Source: Eledone cirrhosa (lineage: Eukaryota). Taken from it: DNA of 64,000 bases. This document shows, one piece after another, positions 41,322 through 55,697 of the stretch. The position numbers and the translations under genes are program-made. The notes under the pieces were generated by a model. It did not search any database and was not told the origin of the DNA. It saw only the letters and a list, made by a program, of their open reading frames with translations. The stretch lies in the NCBI GenBank assembly GCA_964016885.1, contig OZ024759.1, forward strand, positions 14,322,001 to 14,386,000, given 5' to 3'. Within the stretch, counting starts at the first letter, position 1; each line of letters opens with the position of its first letter.

Positions 41322-41548
41322 CCCTTTAGCATTTACATTACTCTATATTTAGTATTATATTTTCACAGTAAACACTTTAATTCACATAATTATCTCACAT
41401 AATATTGAATCTATGAGATATTTGATATTAGTTCTTTTGAGAAAAATACCTTAAAATCAGTACGAGGGGCCGTTATGTCCAGTTTGAACAGAAAGAGGTG
41501 AGAGAAATCTGGCCAAATATGGCCGGTTTAAATGAAATGCTAAAAGGG
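41322..41548. mobile_element. piggyBac-like MITE
   Basis: TIRs ccctttagcattt / aaatgctaaaaggg, with TTAA on both sides (41318-41321 and 41549-41552). Confidence 0.8.
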
Positions 41549-41559
41549 TTAAGCCAGAA

Positions 41560-41666
41560 GGCTTATTTGGCCTGTGCTTAGCGCGGTTCCATGGCGTGAA
41601 GCGACAGAGTACAAGACTCCTCCCTGGACAGGACGCTATTGCTGGTATTGCTGGTACTCATTTTCA

Positions 41667-41670
<4 letters not shown>
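41560..41670 (-). mobile_element. SINE family 2, 3' fragment
   Basis: Reverse complement of gtcctgtccagggaggagtcttgtactct at ~58918-58947. Confidence 0.7.
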
Positions 41671-41711
<41 letters not shown>

Positions 41712-42020
41712 CACACACCACACATACATATATTATAAAAAATCGTGACCCGACGACTGAGCTCTTACCATTTCAACAGCTAGATATATGCGAGACAAAC
41801 GACAACAGAAACACAAACCCTCCATCTCAATTTTACCTTTAAAAATCATAAGAACTGTGAAACCGGTAAAGTGAATAAATATTCTTCAAAGACTCCAGTT
41901 GCATTTTCAATTTCTTTTCCTAATATATATATATATATATATATAAGGAAGCTTCCAACAGAAATGGTCGCATTTTTTAAGGGTATGTCAATATTTATTT
42001 ATAAAACTGATCTATATTAT

Positions 42021-42083
42021 ATTTTATCTGATGAAAGCGCACCATAATTTGACTTGGTGTCCTTGAAATATGTATAATGAAAT
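42021..42083 (+). ncRNA. Hammerhead motif (family of 23162-23220)
   Basis: attttat-CTGATGA-aagcgcacca...tggtgtcctt-GAA-atatgtat-a-atgaaat. Confidence 0.7.
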
Positions 42084-42125
42084 AACTATGGTTTTATAAA
42101 TATAGTTTCCATTTGTTAATATATC

Positions 42126-42193
<68 letters not shown>

Positions 42194-42279
42194 ATGGGGA
42201 AAGAGTCAGGATCCCGACGGCTGAGCGCCGGCCGCTTCGACAGCTAGATCACACCCTCTTTGTTTATACACACATACCA

Positions 42280-42795
42280 TAAAGGGCCGTAACTATGCGT
42301 CAAAGCATGGCGTGCGACCCTCTACCGATACTGCCAATCCACCGCCATGTAATAATGATTTCTTCTATAGGCACAAGGCCAGCAATTTTGAGGAGGGGGA
42401 AAAGTCGATTAAATCGACCCCAGTGCGTGACTGGTACTTTATTTTATCGACTCCGTAAGGATGAAAGACAAAGCTAACCCCAGTGTGATTTGAACATAGA
42501 ACGTAAAGGGCCGTAACTCTGCTGTAAAGCATGTTTTCCGACGCTCGACCGATACTGCCAATCCACCGCCATGTTATGATAGTAATAATAATAATTGTTT
42601 CTACTTTAGGCACAAGGCCAGCAATTACCCAGTGCATTACTGGTACTTTATAATAATATGATGATAATACCAACAACAGCAACGATAATAATTGTTTCTA
42701 CTTTTGGTACAAGGCCAGTAATTAAACCAGTGTATTACTGGTACTTTATTTTATCAAGCCTGTAAGGATAAAAGGTAAAGTTAACCTCGGCGAGA
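42280..42795 (-). mobile_element. Cluster of four adjacent full or partial SINE family 1 copies
   Basis: Repeated gatactgccaatccaccgcc heads and cacaaggccagcaatt tails. Confidence 0.8.
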
Positions 42796-42796
42796 T

Positions 42797-42830
42797 AATA
42801 ATGATAATGATGATGAAGGTGATGATGATG

Positions 42831-42862
<32 letters not shown>

Positions 42863-43592
42863 GTTGATGATGATGGTGATGATGATGGTGATGATGGTGA
42901 TGATGTTGATGTTGATGGTGATGATGATGATGATGATGATGTTGATGTTGATGGTGATGATGATGGTGATGATGGTGATGATGATGACGATGTTGATGAT
43001 GATGATGATGGTGATGATGATGTTGATGTTGATGGTGATGATGATGAGGATGATAGTGATGATGATGACGATGTTGATGATGATGATGATGATGGTGATG
43101 ATGACGATGGTGATGATGATGATGATGATGGTGATGATGGTGGCGATGATGATGTTGATGATGATGATGTTGATGATGATGTTGATGTTGATGGTGATGA
43201 TGATGGTGATGATGGTGATGATGTTGATGTTGATGGTGATGATGATGGTGATGATGATGTTGATGTTGATGGTGATGATGATGAGGATGATAGTGATGAT
43301 GATGACGATGTTGATGATGATGATGATGATGGTGATGATGACGATGGTGATGATGATGATGTTGATGATGATGGTGATGATGATGGTGATGATGGTGATG
43401 ATGTTGATGTTGATGTTGATGATGATGGTGATGATGATGGTGATGATGGTGATGATGATGATGATGATGATAGTGATGATGATGACGATGTTGATGGTGA
43501 TGATGATGATAGTGATGATGATGATGATGGTGATGATGATGACGATGATGATGAGGATGATGGCGATGATGATGTTGATGATGATGACGATG
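42797..43592. repeat. (TGA)n compound microsatellite
   Basis: Direct inspection. Confidence 0.95.
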
Positions 43593-44037
43593 GGGCGGTG
43601 TGACGTGGAGTGTATGTCTGTGGGGGAGAGATGCGTTAAAAACAGCGTCTGATGTCAAATTCTGAAGGACCAATCTGAAACCAATTGAGCGACTCCACCT
43701 CAATATATTGTCCGCCATTCAAATGCCAAAAAGACATGGCGGTTCGTATTTTTTCTTCACCCTCTCCTCCTCTCTCCATCCCCACCCCCCCTCTCTCTCC
43801 CTTACTCTCCCGCTCTCTCTCCCTTACACACACATACACACACACTCTCTCTCTCTCTCTCTCTTAATCTACTAATTGAGTGTATGTAAAACTCTGTACA
43901 CACATATATGTTTATATCTGTGTATATGTCTGTATGCATTTATATATCTAAATATATACACACACCATACATACAAACATATATATTCGTACATATGCAC
44001 ATGTGCATATATGTTTGTCTGTGTGTGTATATATATA

Positions 44038-44174
<137 letters not shown>

Positions 44175-44526
44175 ACATATATACACATATATACACACAT
44201 ATATACACATACGTACACATATACATATGTATATATACACGTTTCTGCATGTATGTCTTCATTTTTATATATATGTATATATATATATGTATGTGTGTGT
44301 ATGTATGTATGTGTTTTGTAACCTTTCAAATATATTGCCTTCCTCTTTCTCTTCAACAGAGTGGATAATGAAAGAAGTCAAAGTGGTGGGTGGAGTGACA
44401 GAGTTAGTGTCAACTATTGACACAATAGAGCAACATTGATGTGACAATGGTCCAGTAGTGGGTCCCGATGGTTCGACAATTGTGTGTGGAGAAAGAGGGA
44501 CAATCATGTAAGGTGCCTAGAAATAC

Positions 44527-44597
<71 letters not shown>

Positions 44598-44677
44598 GGA
44601 AAATTTGAACAGGAACAAAACAGAGAGGCAGTACAACGAATGTTTATTAATTTCACGCTCTTGAGAGTGGGGTGGTG

Positions 44678-44731
<54 letters not shown>

Positions 44732-44957
44732 CACTTTGTACAGCACTCTTCGTTATTGTTTTTGTTTTCTGTTTTAACTATAATAAATATATGTGTGTGT
44801 GTATGTGTGTATGTGTGTATATATGTATATATACATATATATATATAAATAAATATACATATATATATATACACATATATATATATATAAATGTATATAT
44901 ATATATATAATATATGTGTATAATATATATGTATATATATATGTATATGTATATATG

Positions 44958-45034
<77 letters not shown>

Positions 45035-45067
45035 TGGAAAATGTGTGAAATCCTTGGTACAGTTAGG

Positions 45068-45245
45068 TATATTTAAAAAATGAAAAAAAATGACTTTACT
45101 CGTAGTTCTAAACAATTTAATCTAATTTTAAAACATGATGATTTTACAATCATACAAAACCAAATTGTAAAATCATAATATCATAAAATTAAATCAAATT
45201 GTTTAGAACTACAAGTGAAGTCATTCTTTTCCTTTTTTTAAATAT
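45068..45245. repeat. Diverged palindrome (~80-bp arms) next to (TA)n
   Basis: aatgactttactcgtagttctaaacaattt pairs with aaattgtttagaactacaagtgaagtcatt. Confidence 0.8.
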
Positions 45246-45289
45246 ATATAAATATATGAAAACAGATATATCTGCTTTCAAGAAACCAC

Positions 45290-45598
45290 TGGTATACACT
45301 GAGGATGAAAACCTCGGAGCTGTACGGGAGCCTCCCAAAAGTCAGCTCAAAAGTGACACAGAGGAGACTGAGGTTAGCTGGACATGCTCACCGACATCCA
45401 GAGTTGACATTGCACTCAGAGCTCCTGTGGGAGCCCCTACATGGACACACTAGAAGAGGAAGACCAAGGTTAGCGTATGTTGATGCCCTAAGGACAGACA
45501 CTGGTCTGTTGGAGACGCAGGACATGGCAGCGATAATGAGGGACAGAGCCCGCTGCAGAGAACTCGTCCATGGATCTCGGGAATGTTACCCGCCCTAG
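45290..45598 (+). mobile_element. RTE LINE 3' end (same family as 8417-8815)
   Basis: ORF 45305..45598 is near-identical to the 8417..8815 translation. Confidence 0.9.
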
Positions 45599-45909
45599 AA
45601 AATATATATATATATGTGTGTGTGTGTGTATATGAATATTTATGTGTGTGTAATCTTTCTCTCTATATATAAACATATATATACTGTATATATATATATA
45701 TATATATGATTTTTAATGCGATGAAATACCAATGATGAAATACCATCATTGGTAACAGCTGGTGATATGCATATAAGTAAATCTGATAATTTGTAAACTT
45801 TCATAGATCAATAACTGAGTATAGATACAATGTATTATCACCATCTAGAAACGATCGTAAAGCAGTGAAGTATATCTCTAATGATTTGATTTTTATTTCA
45901 TTGTTTTAA

Positions 45910-45946
<37 letters not shown>

Positions 45947-45975
45947 GTATTTATATACACACACACACACACATT

Positions 45976-46067
<92 letters not shown>

Positions 46068-46498
46068 TACATATATATATGCTACCTACTGATTCCCTGC
46101 CTACGTATCTGATAGTTTGACTATCTGGACGTCAGTCTCTCTGTTACACCTCAGTCCACTAATGTCCAGTGAAACCAATGACAGCTGAACTGATGTTAAG
46201 AGAAGGCGGATAAGTTACACGCCCATATAATCTCCCCCCACTCTCTCTTACTTTCTCCCTCTATATTTCTCTCGCCATGTCTCTCTCTCTCCCTCCCTCT
46301 CCCCCTCTCTCTCTCTCTGTTTCTCTGTCTCTCTCTCTTTCTCTCTCTCTCTCTGTTTCTGTCTCTCTGTCTCCTTCTCTTTCCCCCTCTCTCTGGCTCT
46401 CTCTCTCTCTGTCTCTGTCTCTTCCTCTCTCTCTGTCCCCCTCTCTCTTTCTCTGTCTCTCTCTTTCTCCCTCTCTCTGTGTCTCTGTCCCTCTGTCT

Positions 46499-46564
<66 letters not shown>

Positions 46565-47191
46565 AGTCTTTCAGAGGTGAAAGAGTAAGAACTCCAATAG
46601 TGTGAGAGCGAAAGGAGCAAATACATCATTGTATTGCTGTGTGTGTGTATGTGTGTATGTGTGTGTGTGTGTGTGTATCTATGAGTGTGTGTCTGTGTCT
46701 GTGTGTGTGTATGTATTGCTGTGTCTGTGCGTGCGTACGTGTGTGTGTGTATGTATGTATGTGGGTGTGTATATCTGTGTCTGTGAGTATTTGTGTTTGT
46801 GTGTGTATATGTGTGTATGTATTTGCTTTATGTTAGAGATGAACAAATGGAAGTGATGGATGGATGATGGTGATGATAATGATGATGATGATGAGGAGGA
46901 GGAGGGTGATGATGATGATGATGGTGGTGATGATGATGGTGATGATGATTGTGATGATGATGGTGATGATGATGGTGATGATGATGTTGGTGATGATGAT
47001 GATGATGTTGGTGATGATGATGATGGTGATGATGATGATGATGGAGATGATGATAAAAAGGAGGAGTAGAAAGAGATGACAGGAGTGTGGACGGTTAATT
47101 AAACATATTTTGTCAACTGTAAGTCAGTACATGATTCAGGGTCGCAGGTAAAAAAAGAAGAAAATAGCTAGATACTCACACACACACACGC

Positions 47192-47270
<79 letters not shown>

Positions 47271-47469
47271 TATATATATATACAGATAAATACACCAATT
47301 AATGGTAGGGTCCAAGCCGTATGAAGAACTCAATGTAATCCATATGTAGAAGATGTCGTGAAGCAAAGTTTATAATACAGAATTTCAACGATACAATTTA
47401 TTGGAAGCAGAGTCAAAATAATACAAATGGTGAAAACAATGAAATTACGGGTAATTCATAGTAAAACTC

Positions 47470-47604
47470 ATTATTTTTCGATCGTTTCTGGGGGGTAGTT
47501 CTCCGTATGTTCATTCTATTAGTGATCAATGTAAAATATATTACAAATTATCAAAATAAGAAAATATACATACGTCTTCCCTACCCACCATCTTCAGAAA
47601 TAAT
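47470..47604 (-). ncRNA. Hammerhead motif with a long stem II (U16.1 mutated)
   Basis: Reverse strand: attattt-CTGAAGA-tggtgggtag...cgtatgt...acatacg...ctacccccca-GAA-acgatcga-a-aaataat. Confidence 0.6.
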
Positions 47605-47623
47605 AATTTCTGAAGACGGCGGG

Positions 47624-47792
47624 TATTAGGTTAACGCTTGAAATAACAGGAAGAGGGACTTACGTTTCGGACGCTAGTCCTTCATCAGAAGAAAGAATAA
47701 GAAATCAGATAGATTGAGGGGACGGGCGGATTGGAACTGAAAAAAATGTCTTTAGATAAAAATAACAGGTCCATTCATGTTGACATCTGTTG
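47624..47792 (-). mobile_element. Penelope pLTR fragment with a minimal HHR (47659-47692)
   Basis: Reverse complement of ~15075-15243; reads ttcttCTGATGAaggactagcgtccGAAAcgta. Confidence 0.8.
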
Positions 47793-47851
47793 CATATATA
47801 TATATATATATATATAACAAATAGATACCAGGTGGACCATATATGGACTGT

Positions 47852-47947
47852 ACCCCTTGATAAGTTCAGCCAGATTCCCGCCGTTCTAATACTGCTGGCT
47901 TAGTTTGGATCTAGCTGTCGAAGCGGCAGGAACTCAGCCGTTGGGGT
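47852..47947 (+). ncRNA. Degenerate full-length hammerhead of the 41030/59791 family
   Basis: acccc-TTGATAA (two changes from CTGATGA)-stem II cagccagatt/gatctagctg-GAA-gcggc...gccgt-t-ggggt. Confidence 0.5.
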
Positions 47948-48070
47948 CCCGAATCCTCCTTATATATATAGCTGTTCCCATAAATGGAATTGGAGATATA
48001 CAAAAGCATGGAGAACTTAATATTACTAACAAAAAATTATTGGACCATTTGACACAACCTTACTATATAT

Positions 48071-48106
<36 letters not shown>

Positions 48107-48113
<7 letters not shown>

Positions 48114-48294
48114 ATAATAATAAAATTGAAGACTGAAATCCAAAGAGGGCTCGATAAGGAAAATATATATCAAATATATAAGAACCGTAGAGCAAATATT
48201 TATTAAAATAACAGATTAAAGTTTAAGCAAAGAATCGCTTATATTTATCCTTATCAAGCCCTCTTTGGATTTTAGTCTTCAAATCTATTATTAT

Positions 48295-48302
<8 letters not shown>
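48107..48302. repeat. Inverted-repeat element (~65-bp arms) in (TA)n
   Basis: tagtaataataat...gaagactgaaatccaaagagggct pairs with agccctctttggattttagtcttc...attattattacta. Confidence 0.85.
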
Positions 48303-48357
<55 letters not shown>

Positions 48358-48502
48358 AAACGAAGCCGGCTGTGTAGTTACTGTAAGCAAAGTGTCAGAT
48401 AGTAATATGGACGTAAACAAGAAAAGAAACCCTTCATCAGCTCTTAACTGCGGTCATAGATGTCCCGGTGCTTAAAACAGGACATCGAAATCGATCAGCA
48501 AC

Positions 48503-48566
<64 letters not shown>

Positions 48567-49599
48567 GGAATTCTGTTGTGATGGTCGTGGCGATGGAAAT
48601 GGTGGTGGCGATGGTGTTTGTGGTGTCTGTTGTGGTGGTCCTGGTGGGTGTTGGAGATTCTGTTGTGGTGGTCGTCGCAATGGAAGTGATGGTGGCGATG
48701 GTGTTTGTGGTGTCTGTGGTGGTGGTCCTGGTGGGTGTTGGAGATTCTGTTGTGGTGGGAGATGAAGTATAGGGGGGAATGAAAGGCGGGAAATTGAGAA
48801 CTTTCAATATATAATTATAGTTAATGTCATGTTTATTAGAAGAAGGGGAACGTCTAACTTCAGTCTAAACACCACAATTTGTCACCATTTTTCAATCAGA
48901 AAAGTAATAAATGGCAGCGGTGGTGGTGGTGGTGGTGGTGGTGGTGGTGGTGGTGGTTGTGGTTGTGTTGGGGTTGTAGTCGTGGTTGTATTGGTGGTGG
49001 TGGTTGTGGTTGTGTTCGGGGTTGTAGTGGTGGCTGTGGTTGTCGTTATGGTGGTGGTTGTGGTTGTGTTGGGGGTTGTAGTGGTGGTTGTTATTGTGGC
49101 TGTTGTGGTTGTGGTGGTGGTTGTTGTGGTGATGGTGGTGGTGGTGGTTGTTGTGGTGATGGTGGTGGTGGTGGTTGTTTTGCGGGTTGTAGTGGTGGTT
49201 GTGGTTGTCGTTATGGTGGTGGTTGTGGTTGTGCTGGGGGTTGTAGTGGTGGTTGTTATTGTGGTTGTTGTGGTTGTGGTGGTGGTTGTTGTGGTGATGG
49301 TTGTGGTGGTGGTTGTTGTGGTGATGGTGGTGGTGGTGGTTGTTGTGGTGATGGTGGTGGTGGTGGTTGTGTTGGGGGTTGTAGTGGTGGTTGTAGTGGT
49401 GGTGGTGGTGGTGGAGGTTGTGGTTGTGTTGGGGGTTGTAGTGGTGGTTGTTATTATGGTTATTGTGGTTGAGGTGGTGGTTATTGTGGTGATGGTGGTG
49501 GTTTTGGTTGTTACTGTTGTTGTTATTGCAATTATTGATGTTTTTAATGGTGTTATTATCGTTGTAGATGTTATTCTATGTATGTATCTATGTATGTAT

Positions 49600-49820
49600 G
49601 TTGACCAGTTCTCCTTTTGGGGTAGTGTTTGCGATGCTCAGAGAATGGGGCTAGTTGAGTGTAAGGCCTTTCCCCCATTTAAAAACATTCAAAGCACAGA
49701 CATTGCTTGTTCAAGATCTGTTACAGGTTCGTGTGGCTGGCCGTAGCCTAAAAGTGCACCATTTTCTGTAATCTGACAAGCGATTGCAATACTCTTAGCA
49801 GAGTTTGCAGCCACCATGTA
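49600..49820 (+). mobile_element. 5'-truncated copy of the 1801-2315 repeat with a (gtat)n tail
   Basis: Near-identity to 2114-2312; ends in gcagccaccat. Confidence 0.75.
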
Positions 49821-49924
49821 TGCATGCATGTATGTATGTATATATATATATATATAATATATATAGCAGGGAAAACTAAGCAATGATATATATATATATA
49901 TATATCATTGCTTAGTTTTCCCTG

Positions 49925-50010
<86 letters not shown>

Positions 50011-50122
50011 TTGCTTTGTTTTCCCTGCTAGCAAGGGTTGAACGTTTCGTCACGGACTGGTCAGTACTCAAGTAGAACTACTGACCTCTAAGATTATTTA
50101 TGCATATACGTATGTATATATA

Positions 50123-50181
<59 letters not shown>

Positions 50182-50257
50182 TTCCTTAGGTAGCAAATTG
50201 AATGAGTTGGGGTGTATAACCCAAAACTTAAGTAGCTGTATATGTCACTGTTGTAAC

Positions 50258-50312
<55 letters not shown>

Positions 50313-50682
50313 ATGTGTGTGTGTATGCATGTATGTATACACATGCGCGCCCGCACGCACACACACGCACACGTATATATATATATATATAAATATAGAG
50401 TGTGTGTGTATGTATTTGAGTATTGGTGAAAGTATGTGTATGGTTGTACATGTGTGTGTCTGCGTGTACGTGTATGAGCATAAGTGTGCGTGTGATGGAT
50501 GCCTCGGATGGTGAGAGTGATAAAGTGGCAAGGGAGGATGAGGACGGTGTGAACGATGGGAGGGAAAGACTTGCAATTAAAGTATCGTTTGTTGACCGAC
50601 ATGGAAGTATAATGAATTCTGGAGTTGAACCCATGGAGTTGAATGGTGGTGTGGACGGCAGCGGCAAGATGGGTTCAACTCC

Positions 50683-50778
<96 letters not shown>

Positions 50779-50782
50779 TATG

Positions 50783-50831
<49 letters not shown>

Positions 50832-50834
50832 GTA

Positions 50835-50866
<32 letters not shown>

Positions 50867-50874
50867 AATGTATG

Positions 50875-50937
<63 letters not shown>

Positions 50938-50982
50938 GTATATATATATATATATACACACATATATATATATACATGCATA

Positions 50983-51026
<44 letters not shown>

Positions 51027-51042
51027 TATATATACATACATA

Positions 51043-51090
<48 letters not shown>

Positions 51091-51159
51091 CATACATATA
51101 TATGTATATATGTTTATGTATATATATATGTACATATATGTATATATATATGTACATAC

Positions 51160-51198
<39 letters not shown>

Positions 51199-54100
51199 CA
51201 ACCACGCACACATACATGTACGCATATATGTGTGTGTGCGTGTGTATGGGAGTGCTTGTGGGGAGTGGGAAGGGGTACTTGACCAGTTAAATAGTAGAAA
51301 GAGGGTCCAGTGTTGATGGCCATCATCAGGTCGGAGAAGTCACAGCAGGCGCACGATTTTGTGGTCAGCTTTATTTATACTGGACAGTGGTCATTAAATG
51401 ACCGATAATTAACTGTCCAGCCAGCTGGAATAATGGGATTTCTATTGGACCAAGGAAAGTCATTGCGGTCAACAACAACACGACCACGACCAAATACAAC
51501 CACCACCACAACCACCACCACCACAACCACACCCAGCACCAAATACAATCACCACTACAACCACCGCCACCACCAAATACAACCACCACCACCACCACCA
51601 CCACCACAACCACACCCAGCACCAAATACAATCACCACTACAACCACCGCCACCACCAAATACAACCACCACTACAACCACTACCACACCCAGCACCAAA
51701 TACAATCACCACTACAACCACCGCCACCACCAAATACAACCACCACTACAACCACTACCACACCCAGCACCAAATACAATCACCACCACCACCAAATTCA
51801 ACCACCACCACAACCACACCCACCACCAGCCCCAAATACAATCACCACCAGATCCACCACCACCACCACTACCACCACCACTACCACCACCAAATCAATC
51901 AGCACTACAACCACCGCCACCACCAAATACAACCACCACTACAACCACGACGACGGGGACCACCACCACCACTACTACCACCAAGACCACCAAATACAGC
52001 CACTATCACCAAATACAACCTCCACCACCACCATCATTAACACTAAATACCTACAGTATCACTACCACCAACACCATCACCACTAACATCAACTGCACCA
52101 CCACCACCACCACCACCACCACCACCACTACCACCACCACCATGCACCACCACCACCATCAACACTACCACCACCACCACCACTACCACTACTACCACCA
52201 CCACCAATACCACCACCATCGCCACCACAACCATGACCAAATACAACCACCACCAACACAAAAACCACTACCACTACCACTACCACTACCACTACCACTA
52301 CCACCACCACACCACCCTCACCACCACCACCACCATGACCACTACCACCACCTCCACCACGACTACACAACCACCACCATGACCACTACCACCACCACCA
52401 ACACCACCACCACCGTCACCACCACCATTGCACCACCACCACCACCACCATCACCACCTCCCCACCGTCTCTCTATTAGACAATATAAAGTATTTAAACG
52501 ACGTGTCAAACCCCCACTGAATATACAGTAACGGGCTCTACCGTCTGTACTGGTCAACCTTACCTTAAAAACCTTATTACTTCTCCTGTTGTGGTGGTAG
52601 TGGTTGTTATTGTAATGGTGGGTGTTGTAGTGGTAGTGGTTGTTGTTGTAATGGTGGGGGTTGTAGTGGTAGTGGTTGTTGTTGTTGCTGTGGTAGTGGT
52701 AGTTGTTGTAATGGTGGTTCTTGCTGCTGTTGTTGTTGTTGTTGTTGTTGTTGTAGTGGTGGTGGTGGTGATTGTTGTTGTGGTGGTGGCGATTGTTGTA
52801 AGTTGTAATGCTGGTTGTTGCTGTTGTTGTTTTAGTGGTGGTGGTGGTGGTGGTGGTGGTTGTCGTTGTTGTTATTGTAGTGGTAGTCGTTGCTGTTCTT
52901 GTAATGGTGGCTGTTGCTGTAGTGGTGGTTGTTGTAGTGGTGGTTGAAGTGGTTGTCGTTGTTGTGGTGGTGGTTGTTGTTGCTGTTTTAGTAGTGGTGA
53001 GTGTTGAAGTTGTAGTGGTTGTTGTCGTGGTGGTGGTTGTTGTCGTGGTGGTGGTTATCGTTGTTGTTGGTGCAGTGGTAGTGGTTGTTCTTCTGGTTGT
53101 TGTTGTAGTAGTTGTTTTTGTTGTTGTTATTGTAGTAGTAGTAGTAGTAGTAGTTGTTGTTGTTTTTACCTGGACATTAAAACCTGTTTCTACGACTTTT
53201 TTTGTAATTTTTTTTCTTTCGTGTCTATGTATAATTGTGTGTGTATGTGTGTGAGTGTGTGTATGAGTGTGTATATGTGAGAGTGTGTGTGTGTGTGCAT
53301 CTTACTTGATTCTGTGTGGGTTGGTGATGATGGGATAATTCAGCGCCACGTGGGGAGTGGGGTGTCGTAGCTTCTTTTCAAACTGTCCAGCTAAAAAAAC
53401 CTATGTCCGTGCATGGAATTTATAAAGCCCTGACACAAAAGCACATTGACATACGGTCACACAATTATAAATAATGGATTCCCCGTCGATATGAACGGTG
53501 TGTATTGAGTTGCTTGGGCAAATGAATTTCTACTCCTGAAACTGACGTGTAAGCGGCTAAGTATTCTACAGCTCAAGTGTACCTGTAACGCAATGTTTAG
53601 TTTAGTGTGCCGTTAAAGATTTTTGTTAGTTTAGCATCACGAATTACAGATAAATAATGTGATATTTCTCAGCAGTACAGTATAGGGATGACTATGCTCC
53701 GCGTGTGTATATCATAGTTCCATATCAAAACGGTTCTTTATCAAAATAGTTCACATACAAGTCCTTCAGTCTCCTTATATGGTTCAACTAAGCTGTATCG
53801 TTTTCCCTTCATACTCGTTGGATCCGCTCTTGATGTTGATTTTGTCAATGTTTAAGCCATCCACTTGGCATGTTATTTTAGCAATCGCATTGCTTAACCA
53901 TTTGTTATTAAGCGAACTATTAGCCATAGATCTGCAACAGAATTCGCGCTCCTAGAATTGGTTATACACGACTCTTTGAAGCTTGCTTATAATAATGTTT
54001 CTACTTTTGGTACAAGGCCACCAACTACCCCAGTGCATTACTGGTGCTTTCTTTTATCGACCCCGTAAGGATGAAAGGCAAAGCTAACCTCGGCGGGATT

Positions 54101-54417
54101 TGAACTCAGAACGCAGAGGGCCGTAACTTTATGCTGCAAAGCATGGTGTCTGACGCTCTATCGATTCTGCCAACCGACTTTCTTTGTACAACTGCAACTG
54201 ACTTTGGTGTTAAGCGATCGAAATTAGATGACTCTCCCTGGACAGGACGCCTGTCATTCGCATGGTTGTATATATTATATATAGAGAGTGAACAACACAA
54301 AATATAACTACTACATTACCAAAGGTTTCTGGATCCCAGACAATATTAATATACGTCTGGATCGGTCACCAGACAGAGATGTTATGGATAAAAAATATTT
54401 TTTATCCATAACATATC

Positions 54418-55122
54418 CCCCATACTTTCTATAATATATTCCCCACTCTTTCTATATATTCATCACTCTTTCTATATATTCCCCACTCTTTCTATATATT
54501 CATCACTCTTTCTATATATTCCCCACTCTTTCTATATATTCCTCACGCTTTCTATATATTCCCCACTCTTTCTATATATTCCCCACTCTTTCTATATATT
54601 CCCACTCTTTCTATATATTCCCCACTCTTTCTATATATTCCTCAAGCTTTCTATATATTCCCCACTCTTTCTATATATTCCCCACTCTTTCTATATATTC
54701 CCACTCTTTCTATATATTCCCCACTCTTTCTATATATTCCCACTCTTTCTATATATTCCCCACTCTTTCTATATATTCCCCACTCTTTCTATATATTCCC
54801 CACTCTTTCTATATATTCCCCACTCTTTCTATATATTCCTCACGCTTTCTATATATTCCCACTCTTTCTATATATTCCCACTCTTTCTATATATTCCCAC
54901 TCTTTCTATATATTCCCCACTCTTTCTATATATTCCTCACGCTTTCTATATATTCCTCACGCTTTCTATATATTCCCCACTCTTTCTATATATTCCCACT
55001 CTTTCTATATATTCCCACTCTTTCTATATATTCCCCACTCTTTCTATATATTCCCCACTCTTTCTATATATTCCCCACTCTTTCTATATATTCCCCACTC
55101 TTTCTATAATATATTCCCCACT
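54418..55122. repeat. 19-20-bp minisatellite (ccccactctttctatatatt), ~35 copies
   Basis: Direct inspection. Confidence 0.95.
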
Positions 55123-55666
55123 CCAGAAACATTTGATAATGGAGTAGTTATATTTTGTGTTGTTCACTTTCTAATTAAATAGCTCTGTTCTATACATAGA
55201 GCACTCTTTTTTCCTTCGCTTTTCTTTCAGAATTACCTAACACACACACACACACACACAGACTCACATATATATATATATATAGATATATACAAAACAT
55301 CCGTTGGTCCAGCCATCCATATATCTATCTATTCACCTCCGCTTCCATCCACTCTTCATTCCATCCAACCATCCATCCACAAATGTGTATATAATACAAA
55401 CGTACATGCATGTACACATACATACATAAATACATACATACATATATACATACATACATATATACATACATACATATATAGATACATACATAAATGCATG
55501 TTACATACATACATGTATACATACAATTATACATACATACATGTATATTTGCATACCTAGACGCATATACACACTACTATGGAAAAAGTTAATTTACGAT
55601 CACTTACTCTCTCTCTCTCTCTCTCTCTCTGTCTACCCCTCTCTCTCTCCATCTGTCCTCCTCCCC

Positions 55667-55697
<31 letters not shown>

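Noticed and set aside
43636-43745. Minus-strand ATG in good Kozak context (MSFWHLNGGQYIEVES...)
   Set aside because: Short, with no convincing splice donor or homology.
44320-44515. Possible exon (pyrimidine tract-CAG at 44358, GTAAGG at 44508)
   Set aside because: All three plus frames contain stops, and the minus-strand translation has no recognisable domain. A non-coding exon cannot be excluded.
54418-55122. CRISPR-like regular repeat
   Set aside because: Units are directly tandem with no unique spacers, in a eukaryotic context with no cas genes.
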